DNA of 63,521 nt, filler included, from Reclinomonas americana ATCC 50394 (taxonomy: Eukaryota), in NCBI GenBank assembly GCA_048213135.1. It is 6 parts of 4 records of this genome, joined end to end, with 100 filler letters (N's around TTAATTAATTAA, not from the genome) between each part and the next. Parts side by side here need not be neighbours in the genome. Positions count along the whole stretch, not along the records: positions 11,844 to 18,292 come from PS015119.1; positions 18,393 to 37,504 come from PS015120.1; 4 more parts are not named here. One strand, 5' to 3'. Below the pieces are notes generated by a model. It was given only the letters and a program-made list of their open reading frames with translations, had not been told where the DNA came from and did no database searches. Below are positions 11,951 to 26,100 of this stretch, in pieces (the first letter of the stretch is position 1; every line of letters begins with the position of its first letter). The translations under genes were made by a program, and so were the position numbers.

Positions 11951-14900
11951 TTACGATTTGGTTTCACTTGAGTGCGACGCTGGCATTCTCTCCTTCTCGG
12001 CCTCTCTCCGAGCCTTGCACAGATCGCATGTGAACTGCGCGGGGTCAGTCGATGAGCAGGACGTACAGAGAAGAAGGGGGGAGGAGAAAGAGAGACTGCG
12101 AACGTCTTTCGGTTTTGCTCCGGTGCTCTTCAGGGCTTCGGTGCACGACTGGCAGAGCACACTGCGACATCCTGGCGACGCAGCGTTCCAGATCGAGTGC
12201 GTCAGCGTGCTGCAGCAGGTGACTGGCAACTGTTGGTGGAGAGGAACGAGTGTGATGGGTGATCGCCGACGACGACAACGGCAGGAGACGACGACGACAG
12301 GCGTACCTTGCCAGACGACGACGTGTGCAACAACACGCTGGATGGGATCGAGCAGCGACATGAGATGCATCTGAATCCGGCACCTCGCTCCAAGTTGTCC
12401 TTGACAATGCCGTACGCGTACCGATCCTCAACAACTGAAACGCTGAGGCATGAGCACTTTACACGTTCTCCTGTCAGTGCACCAAACCACGCAACAGTTC
12501 CGAACTAAAGCCAGGGCTCGTTCGGCCTTTGCGTGATACAGATCGGTTGCAGCCGTCACCGAAATCTTGATAGAAGCCCAGCTGCTCGAAGAACTCGAAG
12601 CTCCCAAGGAGCTGGGGGCAGATGCGGCCGCCGAATGATCGAAATTGTACTGATCAGTGTCTTCTGCACACACACGCACACACATATAATATGAGCATGA
12701 GAGGGGAACCGACCACATCACCAGCCGCAAGCAACGCGCCGAGCTCACCTGCTTCGACCACCGCCAGGAGACAGCCGGTGGCGTTTTGCATCGGATTGAT
12801 AATATCGCGATGCGGACCCACCAGGATGGACGTGCAAGAGAACTGCATGTGCGATAAGAGGGACAGAGAGAAAGCAAGTGAATCGTCGGCCGCGATACAC
12901 AAACCGGAAACTTGCTGGCACCAGGAATGTACAACGTCTCATCCCGCACTCTGAACCGACCCTCCACGGTGGCCGCCAGCACCGAACTCAGAATACAGCG
13001 CGGTAGTGCGTCGTCAAGAGCTCGGTCCTTCGCGGCTCGCGAGTCGCGGTCCTCGGATTGGCCAACCACCTTGACACCAAGATTTCACTTCGACACACCA
13101 AGTACTTGAAAGTGGGTATCACCCGCTCACCTTGCCGCGCAGGAACACTCGACACACGCCTCTGTCATGGGCAACCGTCATGTTGTCGACATCGAGGCTG
13201 TGCGTGACGGGTCAACACAAGTTGCGGAGAGAAACGTACGGCAGCGCCACACGACAACTCACGCTTCCAAGCCCAGAAACGTGGCAACCAGAAATCCATT
13301 CTTTCCACTCGCCTGTCAGCAAACAGGACTCGTGTCAAACGACGAGGCTGCTGCTGCTGCCTCGTGAATCTCCCACCCAACGTACCCGGCCAACCACGCG
13401 ATTCCCAATAATCACACTGAACTCGGCTTCACGTGGACGACGAGTATCCTCTCGAATGCACCGTCGGATGGCCGGGATCAAGGTCTGAATTCGAACGGGT
13501 GTTCCGACGTTTTCCGCATGAGCACTTTCTCTTCCCTCAGCCTGCACATCACGAAAGTAAGGAGGAGAACGGTCCACAAAAAGAACGAGAGACGGAGAAG
13601 GGAACACGCCACCTCCGTCTTGCGACGCTTTGTTGGCGGCTGCGCACAAGACAAGACGACGTTGTCATTTTGGTGAGGTCACACAGCGGGCGGTACGCCA
13701 TCAAACAAGCACACTGCACCTCTGCACGGAGAGCAGAGCGGACGCCAAACAGATTCTTGGCTCTGGGCGAATGCAGTGGGCTGTCGGCACGCGTACGAGG
13801 TGCCACTGGTGACGGAGTGAGACTACGACTCCTACTGCTGCGACTGAGACTGCGACTGCGGCTGCGGCTGCGGCTGCGGCCGCGGCTTTGACTGCGACTT
13901 CGACGACGCCTCCACGAATGAGGACTACTTGCGCGCGCCGCGGCCGAGCTACTTGAGGAGCGCTCCGAGCGAGATTCGCGTGGTGGACTGCGACAACGTG
14001 ACTACGTGAGACGCACACCGCAGACAGAAATGCTGCATGGTTCTCACCTTCGCGCACGCTTACGATCACCAGAATCTGTGGCAGCACAGTTATTGCTGAA
14101 TTAGACACACACACACAATGTCACCCGAAAGATGTGAGGAACACACCTGCCGTCTTCGAGGTCTTTTTCTTGTCGACCTCCATGTCGGCGGTTTTCTTCT
14201 TGGCGGGAGCCGCAGCCTTCTTCTCGGCAGCAACCATGTCCACATCCGAGCTGCCAGTGGCCACCGATGATGATAACACAGCAGTTTGCTCGGTGGCCGC
14301 CGGTGGATTCACCGTCGCTGATGCTGCTGAGCGCGGCGAAGAGTGAGCAGAGATTGGCAGACGACAGAGCCCCCCTAACCCAGTGCAGCACTTCTGATAC
14401 CTGCTGGTAGAGACAGCGGGGGGATAACGCCGGCCGGACTTGGTGAGTTCTCGCTCATGGGCGAATCGGGCGGGATGAATTGCAGCTGCGGCCGCGGTGG
14501 CGGCGGCAGAGGTGTCGACGGTGTCTGCGCGATGTGCGAAGACGCCGACACCGCCGGTAGCGGCGTATTGATGGCGGCAGGAATCGGTAGCGGCGTCGGC
14601 GATGCGTCTAGTGTGTGGAAACGATTCCAGACGGAGTTCGTGGAGGTCGCGGAAAGCGGAACGGCCAATTCGTCATCGCCACCATCTGCAGCATGAACAA
14701 CAGCACCGCCACCGCCACTGCCGCTGCCGCTGCCGCCATCAACAGACCACGGTGAAGCACCTCGCAGAAACGAGGCCGTGATGGCGAGAGGGGGAGGAGT
14801 TTCCGAAGGCGTGTCGGCCGAGCTGCGCATACGCGTTGAGCAGAGGTAGATGGCAGCAGAGAGAGAGAGAGAAAGAGAGGGAAGCAGGGTCGCACTTGAT

Positions 14901-17900
14901 TGCAGGTGACAGGTCGGGGACCATGCCTGCAGATCCCGATGCGGCAAATGCAGCAGCCGCGGCGGGTCCCAACGACGACGAGCCGCCCGCAGAGTTGACA
15001 CCGAGCGGCAGCGTAAGCGACGGAGGAGCACCATCGCGACGCTGACGCGTCTTGCCCATCTGACTCAGCTCGGCTCGGATGGTGGCCAGACCCTCCTCCT
15101 CTTCGCGTTGCGACAAGACCTGCTCCACCGGATCGTTGGCCAGCAACGTGTCGCGCTTCAGGAGTCTCTCAATGTGCTGCTCCATGCTACGTCGAGGAGA
15201 CAGGTGAGGTGCCGGCACGCACATACACAGGCATACAGAGCTACTTTGACGAACCCTGACACGGCCTGTCGCAGAATCGCGTCAGACTCGCACTGCTGAC
15301 CAACGTACTCACGATGCATGTTGAGAATGTCTTCGTTCGTCGACACTGGTGCATACACCGGCGGCTCCAGCAGGCGCAGACGGATGGCCAGCTCGCGATC
15401 GACCGTGGCCTTCTCGACGCAATTGTCCACCACCCAACTACATCGTCGGTGGAGAAAGTGAGCCTCTTGACAAAAAGGCAACATCAAGCAGATACGCGCT
15501 GCGCAACTTGACGAGATTCTCCTTGACGCACTGACGATCAAAGATGATCTCCTCCAGCGTCTTAAATGCCACCAGGCGGTAAACAAAGACCTCCTTGACC
15601 TGACCGAAACGGTACACCTGCATGTTGCCTCCGCAGTCAGTTTGTTGACCACTGCTGTCCTTTTGCCCGCGCACACGTACCCGTGCACACGCCTCCATGT
15701 CGTGACTCGGATTCCAGTTGACATCCATGAGGACGATGCGACTGGCACCAATCAGGGAGATGCCCTCACCTCCGGCCAGGGTGGAACACAGAAACACATA
15801 GTTCTCCGAGGAGTCACTGTTGAATTCCTCAATCATTCGCTGTCGCTCCGGCACCGGTGTCGACCCGTCCAACCGACAGTGCTTGATGGGCACTGCCGTT
15901 CCCGATGCATTTCGCTCCGCAAACACCGTCTCGATGAATGCTGCACTCCACCAATGAGTGTCTGTCACGTGCAAGGCCGTGCGTGGCACACAAGGAAGTG
16001 CGCAACTGAGCACCCACAGCGATCGAGAAAACACCACGATTCTCTCGCCATTGGAACGACACGAGTCAATGAGACGCATGAGGAAGAGAATTTTGCAGCC
16101 CATGTCCAGTCGTTTCAGCGCCTCCTCTGTACGACGACAAGATGAGACGACAACCGCCGCTGACGCTTCATGAATGAACTGGGAGGGAACCTTGCGTGTC
16201 GATTTCCATGTGCGACGACCCAGCATGCTTGGTGTAGCTGTCCGAGCGATGAGAGATCACGTAGTGAACAACACAGCAGCGAGGGAGCACAGCACCTAAA
16301 GTAGATTCGAGGGTGACAGCAGATGGTGGTGAGAGCCACATTGTATAGCCAAAGGAGACAGCCGTTGAGGACCACGTCGTCCGCAGTGATGGCGTTCAAC
16401 ACAGTGCTGCAAGACCAATGACACAATCAGCACGACTACACAACAAGAGTGTGCGTTTCTCGTCTCAGACACGACGCAACGTCACATAGTCGACTTGGTG
16501 CTTGGTGAGACGCAGAAAGATGACACGCTCGGTCTTTGGCGGCAACACGTCCTTCATCACCGACAGGTCTCGTCTGCCGCAACGCATTGAGAACAGACTC
16601 GATTCTCTCTCACGCACTCGGTTGGGAGACTCACCGCAAGCACAACGGCTGCAACTGTTTGTAAAGCAGAAAGGCACGACAGCGGCCTCTTCTCGCCTCC
16701 TGCCGACCAGCCATCGGTTTCGCGCCCGCCATGATGGGCTTGTGATAAATGAGCTCAAACTCGCGCTTCGTGCCCAGAAAGCCCTCCGACACAAAGTCGA
16801 CCTGCACCACGCCGAATGAACTGCGAGCGGAAGACGAAGAAGAAAAATAGAAGAGGGGAAGAGCGATTGCACACCATGTGAAAGTACTCGACCAACGAGT
16901 TCTGCAGCGGGTAACCAGTCAACGCCACTCGCAAGCGAGTGCGCACTCGATGCAGGGCGCCCGCCACCGCCGTCTGATACGAGAAGGGGGCATGGTGAGG
17001 GGCACTCTCACGAGCCAACAAGACGCGCAACAGAAACAATGCCACCTCGCGACGCTTGATACGATGCGCCTCGTCGACGATAATCACATCGGGGCCCGGA
17101 TCAACGAGCGGCGCCGCCAGTTCCGTGTTCTCCAGCAGACGGAACGACTCGAACGAGATGAATGCAATGCCATGTCGCGACTCCCACCACGTCTGGACCT
17201 CGTCGGCGCGCACACCCCGATCCGCGAGAGATGACTCGCCTGAGAACTGCGTGCACTGCAGCTCCTGAAACGGTTCACAGGGCGCGGCGCTGAGCAGCTT
17301 GTTGATCACCGCCACCTCCGCCATCCAATGCGGAATCACCGAAGCCGGACACACGACAAGAATCCGCTCATGCTAACACGGGCGCGAGGAACGCATGAGT
17401 TTCTCTGTGTCTGCCTGACGTATCGCTCACGGCGACAGCGAATCCGCAACTCCACGATGCTGCTGCAGCAAGAGCAGAAACGAGAGCACTTGCAGCGACT
17501 TGCCGAGTCCCATGAAATCCGCCAGCAGCGCACCACTGCTCTTGCTCAGCACTCGATCTGCAGCAACGCCACCATGTTGAGCACGCACTGGCGCTGTTGC
17601 GCTGTCAGCGAGCATGCTGAGAGGTGGCGCGCACCAAGAAGAAAGTCAACACCGCGTCGCTGATGCGGAAACAGTCGCCCGAGCACTGCAGGCGGCAGAT
17701 CGTCGCTCGAAGTGAATGCCGGTCGCTGTCACGTGCGCATAAGACGAGAGTGGGAAGAGAGACAGAGAGGCGCACATCAACCAAGCGCACGCAACAGCAG
17801 GAGGTGGCGGTGGCGGGGGAGGAGGAGGAGGAGGCGGAGGTAAAGGAGGAGATGGAAGCGCAGAGACAACTGGAACGTCGTCGACTTGCATGCGCTGCTG

Positions 17901-18125
17901 CTCCACAGCGTCTCTGTTCTGCTGCTGTCCCTACAAAGAGACAGAGAAAGAGAAAGCAGAGTGAGAGTTGCAGTGATGGAAGAGAGAGAGAGAGAGTGAG
18001 AGTGCGCGCCCTCTCACGTTCAGTATGGATTGCGCGCGCAGATCATTGACATCACGACGCATGGCTTCCAGCTCTGCACTGATGGCCTCCATGCGCCGCT
18101 CAATGCGGGCAAGAACCCCCTCCAT
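11951..18125 (-). CDS. ATRX/RAD54L2(ARIP4)-like SNF2 ATPase with RS tract, dsRBD-like segments and C-terminal Cys-rich PHD-like finger
   Basis: Helicase motifs GALLADFMGLGKSLQV, ILVVCPASV, PGPDVIIVDEAHRIK, ALTGYPLQNSLVEYFHMVDFV, RLDGSTP..R..MIEEFN, STLAGGEGISLIGASRIVLMDVNWNPSHD..RVYRFGQVKEVFVYRLV. Downstream exons splice in frame to a stop at 11951; some 3' junctions are less certain. Confidence 0.85.
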
Positions 18126-18292
18126 TACACAAAGGAGACCAAGACAGCACACAGAACGAAGCGATCAAAGTGGAGAATGAAAATCCAGTTCGACATGTAT
18201 TTTCAAGTTTGTTGTGGTCGCGCGCGCAGAGAGGAGTTCCATGGCTGCTGAGCTCAAGTACCGCGTGGTCGACTGCTCCTCAGAGTGTTGCG

Positions 18293-18392
18293 NNNNNNNN
18301 NNNNNNNNNNNNNNNNNNNNNNNNNNNNNNNNNNNNTTAATTAATTAANNNNNNNNNNNNNNNNNNNNNNNNNNNNNNNNNNNNNNNNNNNN
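18293..18392. other. Artificial scaffold linker
   Basis: N44-TTAATTAATTAA-N44; truncates the RecQ 3' end. Confidence 0.97.
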
Positions 18393-21300
18393 AAGCCGGC
18401 TGCGGCGGCAGCTGCCGCGCTTGCAGCAGCGGCCATTTGCGCCTTCTTGCGCGCACTGCTGACAAAATCTTCCTCGTCGCTGTGCTCCGAGTCATCGTCC
18501 ACCTTCTCGGCGACCTCCTTTTCGCCCTCGCTCACCTCGTCCTCCGACGAGTCACCGATGAGAGGCAGCACCACGTCGTCCGAATCGTCGGAGAGTGGCG
18601 CTGCGGCGGCGGCGGCGGTGGCAGCGGCCGGCCGACCCGGTTTCGCCGACGCACTGTTGGACGGCTTCGCCGTTGGCGTCGTCGTCAGCGCACCAGAGGA
18701 CGAGAGCTTGCGTCTCAATCGACTCTGCGTCGCCGCCTTTGAAGGCGGCTCCCACAGCAGCTCGCCATCGGATTCGTCGTCGTCACCACCACCACCACCA
18801 CCACGACGAACGGCCGCAGACGATGCATCGCGATCCTTGGTGAGGTCAACAGTGTCGATACCTCCTCCTCCTTCGTTGCCGTCGTCATCGGCAGCAATGC
18901 CCTTGGGCAGTCGGCGCTTGGGTGGCGTTCGTGCTGGCCGAGCAGCTGCGCCGGCGGCACCAGCAGCGGCGGTCTTCTTGTTCTTGGCCGCATCTGCACC
19001 CTCTGCGGCCTCGTCGCCTGCGTGCATGAGACGATGTGAGACGCGCTGCCACGAACGTACCATGAATACAGAAAGCGCGTACCTCCTTCCTTGGCTGCTG
19101 GTTTGCGCTTTCCCTGCCAATCGCGGTGATTAGACGAGAAGGGTGATGGTGACACACAAACATGCATCGCCACTGACCTCGCCAATGATTTTGAACAGGA
19201 CCTTGCGCCGGCCACTCATGATCTCTGAGCACACTTGCTCATTGCGCTGCATGACACACAGAACAATGTTTTTTCAGCTCTGCGTGTTAACATCCCTTCT
19301 CCCAACAAACAGCACGCTGCAACGCACCACCACGTACACCAGCATGGAATACTGGCCCTCCGTGTAGTTCTCCTCCAAAATGCCCTCGAGAATGAGGAAC
19401 TCGCCAAACGCCCGCACCTTGTCCTTGTTCTTGAGGTAGGCGTACTTTTTCGAGGACGCATATCCCGGAAACGTGGGGTACGCGAAGCGCTTGGAGGCCT
19501 TGCGCACGCCGGAGAACGAGTCAAGCAGCTGCAGCAGTGTGCACTGGTCGTTGCGAGACAAGTGCTCCTGCAGCAGGCTGAGCAAGTCTCGCACGGCCGA
19601 CGTCACGTCCTCCTCCACAAACGGCATGCTTCGCCGACAATTGTCACACGTTCCGTGGCACAGCTGCGGGTCGAACTTTTCGCCAAAGTGCTGCAATTGC
19701 AGTACACGTCGACAATCGAGCTGGTTCTGTGCGTAGAGGCACATTTTGCGCAGGGCGTCGAGTTTGGCCGGCACATTCTCACGCGGACCATCGTCGCGCT
19801 TGATCATGCTCATTTGGCGTTGCTGGGATAGTGATGGGTGGGGGACATGAGCATGCATATGCACACAGCAGAAACACGCAAGACAACTGCACGTACCCGA
19901 TCACCAAACGCCCAGAACAGCACGCACAGACTCTTCTGGCCGTCACGACCGGCACGTCCGGCCTCCTGGTAGTAGCCCTCGAGGCTTTTCGGTACGGCGT
20001 GATGGAACACGAAGCGCACGTCGGCCTTGTCGATACCCATCCCAAAGGCCACGGTGGCCACCATGACACGAACGCGATCCGTGGTCCAGTCGCGTTGCAC
20101 CTGGCGACGCTCGATCGGGTTCATGGCACCGTGATAGTGCCGCGCAGTGATGCCGAATGAGCACAGCTCTTCGGCCACATTCTCACAGTCCTTCTGCGAG
20201 AGGCAGTACACGATGCCCGAGTGCTGCTTGAATTGCTTCTTGATAATGTCGGCCATGTCCTTGACCACCGACTGAAGGACAAGGGAGCAAGTCAGCGGGC
20301 GAAGGAGACAACTGCAGAAGACTGGGGGAAGTGACGGAGACAAACCTTGCGCTTGGGCTCCACACGGTACTCCAGATTGGGCCTGTTGAATGAGGTGACA
20401 TATGTGCACGGGGCTCGCAAGCCCAGGTTGTGAATAATGTCGGAGCGCACTCGATGCGTCGCAGTGGCGGTGAGGGCCATGATGGGCACCTGCCAGCGAC
20501 AGAAAGCATGAGACATGGAAAGAAATGTGAGTGTGCTCGACGCGCGACGCAACATTGGGGAACTCGTGCCGCAGAGTGCTCAGATTGCGGTAATCGGGGC
20601 GGAAATCGTGGCCCCAGCTGCTGATGCAGTGTGCCTCGTCAATGACCAAGCGCGACAAGAGTCCGCGTGCCGCCAGACGGTGCAGCGACGACAGCAGAGC
20701 CTTGCTGGCCGAAACGCCTTCGGGCGTCACATACAGCAACTTGGTCAGCGGGCTGGCGCTCTCGAAATCCTGTCGGAATTTGTTGCGGTCCTCCAGCGAC
20801 GTGTCGCCCGTGATGAAGCCGGCGCCGACGTTGAGCGAGATCAGAGTCGACACCTGGTCCTCGATCAGTGACAGAAGCGGCGAGATGACAATCGTGACTC
20901 CAGGAGAGGTGACGGCCGGCAACTGGTAGCACAGCGACTTGCCACCACCGGTGGGCATAAGTACAAACACATCGCGGTGGGCCATGGCGGCGTTGATGGC
21001 CTCCAGTTGGTTGGGGCGGAATGAGGTGAGACCAAACACCTGACCCAGCTCAAAGCGCAGCGCCTGCGACCACGGGAACTTCTCGCCAGCAAACTGCGCC
21101 GGCTGCAGCACATCGAAATCCTCGCGCGTCCATGCCGTCGCTGCGCAGGGAGAGAACAGGTGATGAGTGAAGAGACCAGGGAGGGATATGAATTGAGAAA
21201 GCGCAACATGGTGCAGCGACAGAGGGTCCGCGAGGAGCCAAGCTGCCCGGGAACGAACTGGCGCCCGCACCACCACCAGCTCCACTGAGACTGCTGGAAG

Positions 21301-23052
21301 CAAAGCCGCCATAGTCGCCACCATATCTGAGCAAAGTACAACGACATGAGTCGGTGGATGGAGTACTCGGAGCAGTGCAGACACAGACCCCGAGGAGAAA
21401 CCACCACCACCACCACCACCACCCATGCCGCCACCGCCACCCATGCTGCCACCCATGGGGGCAGAACCTGGAGCACCACCGCTGTACTGCAAGTGCGACT
21501 GACCGACCTGCATGAACATTTTCATGGTCTCCTCCGCACTCAGTTCTGCAGGGCAAGGGGTGAGCGTGCGCGATACTGTTATTGTGCAAAAGGCAAGCAC
21601 TCTGCATGTACCTTCCAGATCGAGGAACTCGGGTTGCGGCGATGGAGCGGACGGTGGTGGCGCAGCAGAGGAGCGCGGTGCCGGCGGCTGGAAATTGTTC
21701 GAGGGTGTCGACGACAACGGCGGGTAGTTGCGCGACGGTGTGACGCTCGTGGATGTGGCACCATTGACCGCCGGTGATGACAGCGGCACGGAGCCACGTG
21801 AGCCATAGTCGACAGAGAACGGTGACTGCGGAGGCGCGAGAAAGCCGGGCGCGGCAGGACGCGGCGGCGGTGGTGGCTGTGGCGCAGAGGCAGGTGCACA
21901 GCCGCCGCCGCCACCGCCGCCCGCCATGGCAGCAAACTGCTGCGTGGAGGGTGGAGTGATGTCGTCGAGTGGGGCGTGCGTGGCCAACCACTGCTTCGTT
22001 TCCTCCTCCACGCCAGTGAGCAGGGAGCTGCGGTGATCGTGAGAAAGGCGAGCATCGCACGCCAAAACAAAAAGCTCACGCAACATCATGTCCTCCAAAT
22101 CCCCACGCTCCTGTCGACGCGCAGGCGTCTCACGATCCGGCGCACTCAACACCGCCACCAGCTTGCGCAGTTCGCCAATCAATCGCACCCGCGTCTGCTC
22201 CAGGCGCACTCGCTTCGTCGCCACTTCATCGCCACCCAGTTGCTGCGCAATGCGCGATGCTGATTGCGGCTGCTGCTGCTGCTGCTGTTGTTGATGTTGG
22301 TACGGCAACGGCGACGGCGCAGCCATGGGCTGTGGAGTGTACAGTGCCCTGGCCACAGGCGGCTGTGGAGTGCGCTGCGGCGGCGGCACCACAGTCGCCA
22401 GGAAGTCGTCGTCCAGATCAAACGCATCCACTGGTGTCTGCGATCGTCCCCCTCCTCCAGCAGCACCAGCACTACCACCACCGCCAGAGGCCATCATGAG
22501 TCTCGCCACAGAAGACGCAGTCGCAACGGAGCCTCCCGTGCTCTGCGTGGCGAGAGAAGACAGGTGAGAAACACACAAGCTCTCTCTCTCTCTCTCTCTC
22601 CCCCACTTGTCTCACCGGCGCGATCATGCGAATGGGTGATGATGAGCGATGTGGCTCCGCTCCCGCACTGGCAGTCCGTGTGACTGCCACTGGACGCACT
22701 GTGGCAGAGGAGGACACAGGGGGTGGAGGAGGTGGTCGCACAGGCAGAGGAGGAGCCTTGACACGAGGTGGCGCAGGTCCATTGAATGTCTCGAATGTGT
22801 ATCTGATGACAGAGAGAGAGAGAGAGAGATTAACTCATTGTGTGTGCGTGTGCGCGTGTGTGCGTGCGTGTGTTTGTGTGTCACTCACTGTGCTTGTTGT
22901 TGTGGTGCTTGTGCTCTCCTCTCACAGCACTGGTCGTCGCCACCAATGAGGCCAGAGAAGCGAAAGCCTTGTGCGCGCATGTGATTCGCATCTCCACAGG
23001 CCTCACTCGCCTGCTCCAACCACGCAAGTTGCTCTTGCAGGTTGTCGCGCAT
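18393..23052 (-). CDS. BLM: RecQ helicase, BLM/Sgs1 subfamily (3' end truncated)
   Basis: N-terminal MRDNLQEQLAWL; FRPNQLEAIN, MPTGGGKSLCYQLP, DEAHCISSWGHDFRPDY, MALTATA, VATVAFGMGIDKADVRFV, YYQEAGRAGRDG; RQC zinc site CRR..LQHFGE..C..CDNC. Confidence 0.93.
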
Positions 23053-23164
23053 GAGTGAGAGAGAGTGTGTGTGTGCGCGCGCGAAGGGGTTTGTCGTCAA
23101 TTTTGCGGGTGAATGACGTCATCCTCCAATTGGACCCGCGCAAATGCGCCGTTTCTAATGTAAT

Positions 23165-26100
23165 TTACTCGTCTGCTGGTGCCGCTGCTGTGGCTGCCGC
23201 CGGCTGATGATTGCGTAGTGCCTCTTGCAAGGCGCCAAGAGCTTCCGCGAACTCGGGTCGACTTGGATCAATGTGTGCGGCGCGGTGCAGATGCGTGCGT
23301 GCCGACTGCGGATCGTTGCTCTCGAACGCAAAGTTGGCCAGCTCAAAGTGCAGATCGGCCTCCAGCGGGAACAGGGTGGTTTCTCGGACCAGCGGGTCCA
23401 GAGCGGCCTCGTACTGCTGCTGGTCGTAGCGCGCGCGGTACACGCAAAAGTTGGCCAGTGGGAGGCGGCGATCGAGGGAGAGCGCGTACTCGGCGGCCTT
23501 CTCGGCCTTGTCGGCGCGGCCGAGCGCCAGCAGCGCCTGGGCGAGAATCAGGCGACCGAGTGAGCTCTCCGTCCCCGATCCGCGCGTGACGTAGGTGTTC
23601 AGCTCCTTGTGTGCGCCCTCGGCGGCGCCAGTCTGCAGCAGCGCGTATGCGTACACCACCTTCCACGGCTGCACCGATGCGTCGCCCGACGCCACCTCGT
23701 TCAGCGCACTCAACGCCGCGCACGCCTCGTCGAGACGACCCATGTTGAGCAGAACCAGAGCCACATCCTGTAGCGTGCGGGCATCGTCAGCAACGTGAAG
23801 AAAAGAGTGCGGGCGAGGAAAGGAAGGAGAGATGCACGCCTTGAGTGCTTGCGTGGGATCCAGCGGGGCCAACGATGTGGCTCGCTCCAGCACCAAACGG
23901 CACGACTCCAGCGGTGTTCGCAGGCGCTCAGCCGATTGCAACTCGCTCTGTACAGCCTGACGCAGTCGCTCGCCATCGACGGGATTCACGTGCTGCGGCG
24001 AGGTGTGGTGAGTGGGAAACACTTCAAAACAGCGCCTCTCTGCAACTCCATTACGCAACAACGTGCAGGGCAATGGCAGCACTGGCTGTCTTCCAGTCGC
24101 CCTCGGTGTGACGTACCCGCGCACGCAGTGTGGCCGCCACCGACAGCAGATGCAGTGCTGTCGCGTCCTCTGCAAGCAGCCAAGATCAGTCAGTCAGTCC
24201 GCAAGTGTGCTGTGAATGAAAGTGCGTGTTATCACGTACCCGGATCAGAGCGCACGAGATCGGCAGCCCACGTGTACGCCTCATTGATGGCCTCCCTTGC
24301 CACCACCGAGTCGAATGCATTCGGGACGTGTGCCACATCCACCACAAACATGCACATGGTGGCGAGGGCGATGCGGAACACCGGACGCGACACACTGTGG
24401 AAGACAACGTGAGGAACACGAATCGACTGCAGAGAGGGGAGAAGTGCGCAACGTTGAGTCCTTGCGCATGGCCGTCAACACCTCCGTCAATGTTCCAAAC
24501 GTGTTCTTAATGTCCACCGGATTGGAGTACGCCGTCGGCAGTCGCAGCAGAGTCGTCAGCAGACGCCAACGCGCCGACTGTGTGGTCTTGCGATTCACCG
24601 ACATGTTGAACTGAGTGTAGCCATCCATGTCGCTCTGCACGACAAAAGTGAGACGCCAGCAATCGACATCACAGCCGAGAAGCAGGAGACACACCAGTCG
24701 CAGGTACGACAGCGCCTTGGCAATCAGCTCTTGGTCGGTGAGTGGTGCCTCGGCAGAGTCATACAACAGTGTTCCGACATCGTCCCATCGACGCAGAGTG
24801 GCCAGCACACGAGCAGCAAGGGCACTGCACCAGCACTCGCACACATTCAGTATCATATCCGAAAACGATATATCAAAAACAGCACGACGCACCGCACACT
24901 CGTCTTTTGCTGCCATGCTGCAATCGAGGGACAAGGATCGCCAAGCAGCAGCGCACGAGCCAGTTCACCAGCCGCTGCAGCCATGTCCGCATCCTTCTCC
25001 CCGGCAAACGCATCAGCACGCAGATCGGCAGCAGGGGGACAATACACGCACATGCGCACTGACCTTGGTGCCGACAGTCACCTCCTCCAGTTTGGCCACC
25101 TGTGTCAGACACTCGCCAAGTTCATCCGACGCGTGGTGGACGAGGGCACGGGTGGCGGCCAACATTGCTGATGGCGCGGCTGCCTCATCCACCTGCAGCG
25201 AGTGGATTCAGCATATATGCAACAGCAGCTGCGACAACAACACGGAGAGAGCGCGCAACATCAGCCAACACACTGCCGGCCTCACGTGCCCTGCCACTGG
25301 CCACCAACACGCGCGCGATACCGAGGCGTACCACACTCTGGAATCGACTCTGATCTCGCGCACCCCACTCGCGTCGCTGTACACCAGAGCTGTCTGCGGC
25401 CACAATCCACTCCGGCGCAGTTTCCTGCACAGGTGCTGTCAGAGGCAACAGAGGATTCAACGATGCGATAGATTGCTAACCTCTGCAGCTTGCTCCACCA
25501 GCAGTGTGAGGGCGCAGCGGTACTCGTCATGCGCACGCTCAAACAGGCCGAGTTGCTCGCAGGCGACTCCCAACACGTAGTGCGCCGATACGCGATGCGG
25601 TGAAATGTCGCAGCACCACTTGAGCACATGCAGCGCCTGCTCGATTTTCCCTTCGCGTATCAACGCCAGACCGAGACTCTCCAGGGCTTCGGCCTGTCAC
25701 GCGCATCATCAGTATATACATACAAAGCAGGAAGCGACTGGCATCGTGCACGCACCCGAGCTCGGAAGTATACGGCCTGCTCGCACGCATCGAGGTATTT
25801 ACGCAGGCTGACTCGCAACTCGCGGGACGTCTGCGACACAATCGATTGGTGAGAGAGCATGAAGACAACAACGGAGAGAGAGGATGGGCGCAAACCGGAG
25901 AGAGTCCCGTCGTGTGCAATTCCTGCAACACACTCAACAGCGCCCAAGCACGCGACTGTTCCGGTTCGAGCGATTGACTCGTTTCGAGCGCCTGCTGCGC
26001 GGCGTCCAGGCGGCCGTGCACCAGGTACAGGTGACCGAGACACAGCCAAGCCTTGTAGCTCTGTTGGTGCACGACATGAGTGGCAGTGACAATGAGAGAA

